A stretch of 64,000 nucleotides of DNA. Origin: an uncultured Planctomycetota bacterium (GTDB taxonomy: Bacteria > Planctomycetota > Planctomycetia > Isosphaerales > Isosphaeraceae). The notes under the pieces were generated by a model. The model was given only the letters and a program-made list of their open reading frames with translations, searched no databases and had not been told where the DNA came from. The stretch is from NCBI GenBank assembly GCA_963737655.1, contig CAVTTN010000002.1, positions 1,248,001 to 1,312,000 of the forward strand, read 5' to 3'. Positions 60,936 to 64,000 of this stretch are shown in pieces. The translations under genes were made by a program, and so were the position numbers. Each line of letters begins with the position of its first letter. Position 1 is the stretch's first letter.

Positions 60936-61961
60936 GTGCAACTCGGAATGGTCGGGCTGGGGCGGATGGGCGCGAACATGGCCCGCCGCCTGATGAAGGG
61001 CGGACACCAGTGCGTCGCCTTCGACATGAACCCGCAGAGCGTCCAGGCCCTGGAGGCCCACGGGGCCGTCGGCGCCTCGTCGATGGAGGACTTCGTCCGG
61101 AAGCTCACCAAGCCCCGGGCCGTCTGGCTGATGATCCCGGCCGCGTTCGTCGACTCGACCCTGGAGAAGTTCGCCGCCATCCTCGAGCCCGACGACATCT
61201 TGATCGACGGCGGCAACTCCTACTACATCGACGACATCGCGCGGGCCAGGACCCTGAAGACCAAGGGCCTGCACTACGTCGATGTCGGCACGAGCGGAGG
61301 CGTGTGGGGCCTGGAGCGCGGCTACTGCCAGATGATCGGCGGCGAGGACGCGGTGGTGAAGCACCTCGACCCGATCTTCAAGACCCTCGCCCCCGGGATC
61401 GACGCCAACCCCGCCCGCACCCCCGGCCGCGAAGGCCAGCCCGCGTCCACCGCCGAGCACGGCTATCTCCACTGCGGGCCCAACGGCGCGGGGCACTTCG
61501 TCAAGATGGTGCACAACGGCATCGAATACGGCATCATGGCCGCGTACGCCGAGGGCCTGAACATCCTCAAGCAGGCCGACATCGGCACCCGCGAGCACGC
61601 CAAGGACGCCGAGACCACCCCCCTGCGGAACCCGGAGCACTATCAATACAAGTTCAACCTCGCCGACGTGGCCGAGAACTGGAGGCGAGGCAGCGTGATC
61701 GGTTCCTGGCTCCTGGACCTCACCGCCAGCGCCCTGGCCAAGGACGAGGGGCTCGTCGAGTTCTCCGGCCGCGTGAGCGACTCGGGCGAGGGCCGCTGGA
61801 CCATCCAGGCCGCCATCGACGAGGCCGTGCCGGCCCACGTCCTCACCACCGCGCTGTATGAACGATTCAGCTCCCGAGGCGAGTCGAATTATGCCGACAA
61901 GCTGATGTCGGCCATGCGCAAGGAATTCGGCGGGCACGTCGAGCGCGCTGCGGGCGGTTGA
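60936..61961 (+). CDS. gnd: 6-phosphogluconate dehydrogenase, decarboxylating, short form
   Basis: [48 protein letters not shown] start after AGGAG. Confidence 0.96.
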   Translation: MQLGMVGLGRMGANMARRLMKGGHQCVAFDMNPQSVQALEAHGAVGASSMEDFVRKLTKPRAVWLMIPAAFVDSTLEKFAAILEPDDILIDGGNSYYIDDIARARTLKTKGLHYVDVGTSGGVWGLERGYCQMIGGEDAVVKHLDPIFKTLAPGIDANPARTPGREGQPASTAEHGYLHCGPNGAGHFVKMVHNGIEYGIMAAYAEGLNILKQADIGTREHAKDAETTPLRNPEHYQYKFNLADVAENWRRGSVIGSWLLDLTASALAKDEGLVEFSGRVSDSGEGRWTIQAAIDEAVPAHVLTTALYERFSSRGESNYADKLMSAMRKEFGGHVERAAGG

Positions 61962-61966
61962 GAGAT

Positions 61967-62150
61967 TGAACCGCCAAGACGCCAAGTTCGCCAAGGGCAG
62001 AGGAGAGGAGTAGAGCGGGAAGAAATGAGAAACACAGATTAGATCGGATGAGAATTTAACTCGATTTGCAAATCCGCTGATTTGCGCGCTGAATTCTTAC
62101 TCTTCTCCTCCTCTCCTCTCCCCTTGGCGGACCTGGCGCCCCGGCGGTGA
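61967..62150. repeat. Gene-less copy of the GxxExxY-flanking inverted-repeat element (MITE-like)
   Basis: 61967-62010 matches 56481-56524 at 42/44 bases. The right arm (62108-62148) is its imperfect reverse complement (35/41). The interior is ~95 bp and AT-rich. Confidence 0.8.
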
Positions 62151-62185
62151 GTCCGATTCCCCATCCACCAGTCGGAGCCCAGAGA

Positions 62186-63817
62186 ATGGCGACAGCCGAG
62201 ATCACGAACCCGCTGACGGCCGGGACGCCCCGGACCTTGCTGCCCCAGCCGTGCGTCCTGGTGATCTTCGGCGCGGCCGGGGACCTCTCCTGGCGGAAGC
62301 TCCTCCCGGCCGTCTACAACCTGAACGTCGATGGCGTCCTGCCGTCGAACTTCGCCGTCGTCGGCTTCGGGATGAAGCCCGACGGGCCGATCGAGGGCGA
62401 CCCGGACCAGTACATCCGCGACCGCGCCCGGGACGGCATCGAGCACAACTCCCGCCAGCCCCTGGACGAGTCCCACTGGAACGACTTCGCCCGCGCCCTG
62501 TTCTTCGTCGAAGGCTCGTTCAGCGACCTCCGCGCCTACGAGCAGCTCAAGGCGAAGCTCGACGCCGTGGACCAGCAGTTCGGCATCCCCGGCAGCCGGG
62601 TCTTCTACCTCTCGATCCCCCCGGGCCTCGTCAACGTCTGCGTCGAGCGGCTCAAGGCCGCCGGCCTCGTCGCCGACCCCCAGGACAAGCGCAAGTTCAC
62701 CCGGGTGATCGTCGAGAAGCCGATCGGCCGCGACCTGGAGAGCGCCCGGGCCGTCGTCAACGGCGTGGGCCAGGCGTTCTCCGAGGACCAGACCTACCGG
62801 ATCGACCATTATCTCGGCAAGGAGACCGTCCAGAACTTGCTGGTCCTCCGGTTCGCCAACAGCATCTTCGAGCCGCTCTGGAACGGCAAGTACATCGACC
62901 ACGTGCAGATCACCGTGGCCGAGGAAGAAGGCGTCTCGCACTTCGACGACGACGGCCGGATGACCGCCAGCCGGATCGGCTATTACGAGGGCGTGGGCGC
63001 CCTCCGCGACATGGTCCAGAACCACATGCTCCAGGTCCTCTGCCTGACCGCGATGGAGCCGCCCTACTCGCTCGACCCCGACGTCGTCCGCGACGCCAAG
63101 GCCGGCGTCCTCCACTGCCTGAGGCCCATGACCGACGCCGACGTCCAGGCCAGCGTCGTCCGGGCCCAGTACATCGACGGCGACGAGATGGGCGTGGCCG
63201 TCCCGGGCTATCGCACCGAGGTCCGGAGATATTACGAGGAGTTGCTCAGGAAGCCCGTCCCGCCCGAGGCCGTGAACTCCACGACCGAGACGTTCGTCGC
63301 CATGCGCCTGTTCGTCGACAACTGGCGATGGGCGGGCGTCCCGTTCTACCTCCGCACCGGCAAGCGCCTGCCGAAGCGCGCGAGCGAGGTCGCCATCCAG
63401 TTCAAGGACGTGCCGAACGTCCTGTTCAACGCCCATCCGGACGTCCCCCTGGAGCCGACGGTGCTCTCCCTGAGGGTCCAGCCCGAGGAGGGCCTGTCGA
63501 TGAGGATCGCCTCCAAGCTCCCCGGGCCGAAGGTGCGGATCTACCCCGTCAAGATGGAGTTCAACTACTCCGAGAGCTTCGGCGGGACCACCCCGGAAGC
63601 ATATGAACGATTGATCCTCGACGTGATGGCCGGGGATGCCACCTTGTTCATGCGTCGAGACGCCGTGGAGGCGGCCTGGCAGTTCGTCATGCCGATCCTC
63701 GACCACTGGCAGAGGAGCCACTCGCGCTACCTGCCCGAGTACCGGGCCGGGACGTGGGGGCCCCTGGAAGCCGATCGCCTGATCGAGTCCGACGGCCGAA
63801 GCTGGAGGACCCTATGA
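62186..63817 (+). CDS. zwf: Glucose-6-phosphate 1-dehydrogenase
   Basis: IFGAAGDL, EKPIG, YRIDHYLGKE, RDMVQNH, WAGVPFYLRTGK, EAYERL. Confidence 0.97.
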   Translation: MATAEITNPLTAGTPRTLLPQPCVLVIFGAAGDLSWRKLLPAVYNLNVDGVLPSNFAVVGFGMKPDGPIEGDPDQYIRDRARDGIEHNSRQPLDESHWNDFARALFFVEGSFSDLRAYEQLKAKLDAVDQQFGIPGSRVFYLSIPPGLVNVCVERLKAAGLVADPQDKRKFTRVIVEKPIGRDLESARAVVNGVGQAFSEDQTYRIDHYLGKETVQNLLVLRFANSIFEPLWNGKYIDHVQITVAEEEGVSHFDDDGRMTASRIGYYEGVGALRDMVQNHMLQVLCLTAMEPPYSLDPDVVRDAKAGVLHCLRPMTDADVQASVVRAQYIDGDEMGVAVPGYRTEVRRYYEELLRKPVPPEAVNSTTETFVAMRLFVDNWRWAGVPFYLRTGKRLPKRASEVAIQFKDVPNVLFNAHPDVPLEPTVLSLRVQPEEGLSMRIASKLPGPKVRIYPVKMEFNYSESFGGTTPEAYERLILDVMAGDATLFMRRDAVEAAWQFVMPILDHWQRSHSRYLPEYRAGTWGPLEADRLIESDGRSWRTL

Positions 63818-64000
63818 GCAACACGATCGCCGAGTCCGAGCCGACGACGGTGCCCCTGAGGCAGGTCGAGCGCGAGCTGAACCGCCAGTTGAAGGCCGTC
63901 CAGGGCCGGTCGGGCGAGGCCCCGGTCGTCCGCGCCGGCCTGTCGAACCTGATCATCTATTGCAACAGCGCCAAGCTGGCCGAGGAGGTCGGCGCCGAGG
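63814..64000 (+). CDS. opcA: G6PDH assembly protein OpcA, 3'-partial
   Basis: ATGA overlap with the zwf stop; MSNT...VERELNRQ...VRAGLSNLIIY matches the OpcA N-terminal pattern; canonical position after zwf. Confidence 0.75.
   Translation, partial: MSNTIAESEPTTVPLRQVERELNRQLKAVQGRSGEAPVVRAGLSNLIIYCNSAKLAEEVGAE

Noticed and set aside
63878..63887. TGAACCGCCA match to the inverted-repeat end
   Set aside because: Only 10 bp, inside the opcA coding sequence, with no partner arm.

Overview
High-GC bacterial DNA, most consistent with a planctomycete (Isosphaeraceae-like; inferred from giant beta-helix proteins, Uma2 genes and a PEP-CTERM protein). Positions 1-37981 are the 3' part of one giant secreted-protein gene, open at the left edge, with about 12,660 codons inside the window. 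Four single-base indels, at least three in G runs, split it into five ORFs. It encodes a very long parallel beta-helix carrying five LamG domains, an unassigned ~150-aa domain and a 7-repeat delta-60 propeller. These are followed by PKD, FG-GAP propeller, RTX-like repeats, a HExxHxxGxxH metalloprotease with a PPC domain, Ig/FN3-like domains and a dockerin-like C-terminus. An MBOAT acyltransferase overlaps its stop codon. Next come hypothetical genes, a methyltransferase, a PEP-CTERM gene and glgX. A redox locus at 45142-53749 encodes a putative diheme-b membrane protein, a decaheme cytochrome c, a NuoE-NuoF fusion, a NuoG-like Fe-S/2x cNMP/4x[4Fe-4S] protein with no catalytic domain, and a divergent multiheme cytochrome. 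It looks like a cyclic-nucleotide-controlled NAD(P)H-to-periplasm electron conduit. The window ends with a pentose-phosphate cluster (pgi-like, tkt, rpiA, gnd, zwf, opcA) interleaved with Uma2 genes, a GxxExxY gene flanked by 30-bp inverted repeats, and a gene-less copy of the same inverted-repeat element. Six frameshifts in three unrelated genes suggest assembly indel errors. No rRNA, tRNA or CRISPR array was seen.
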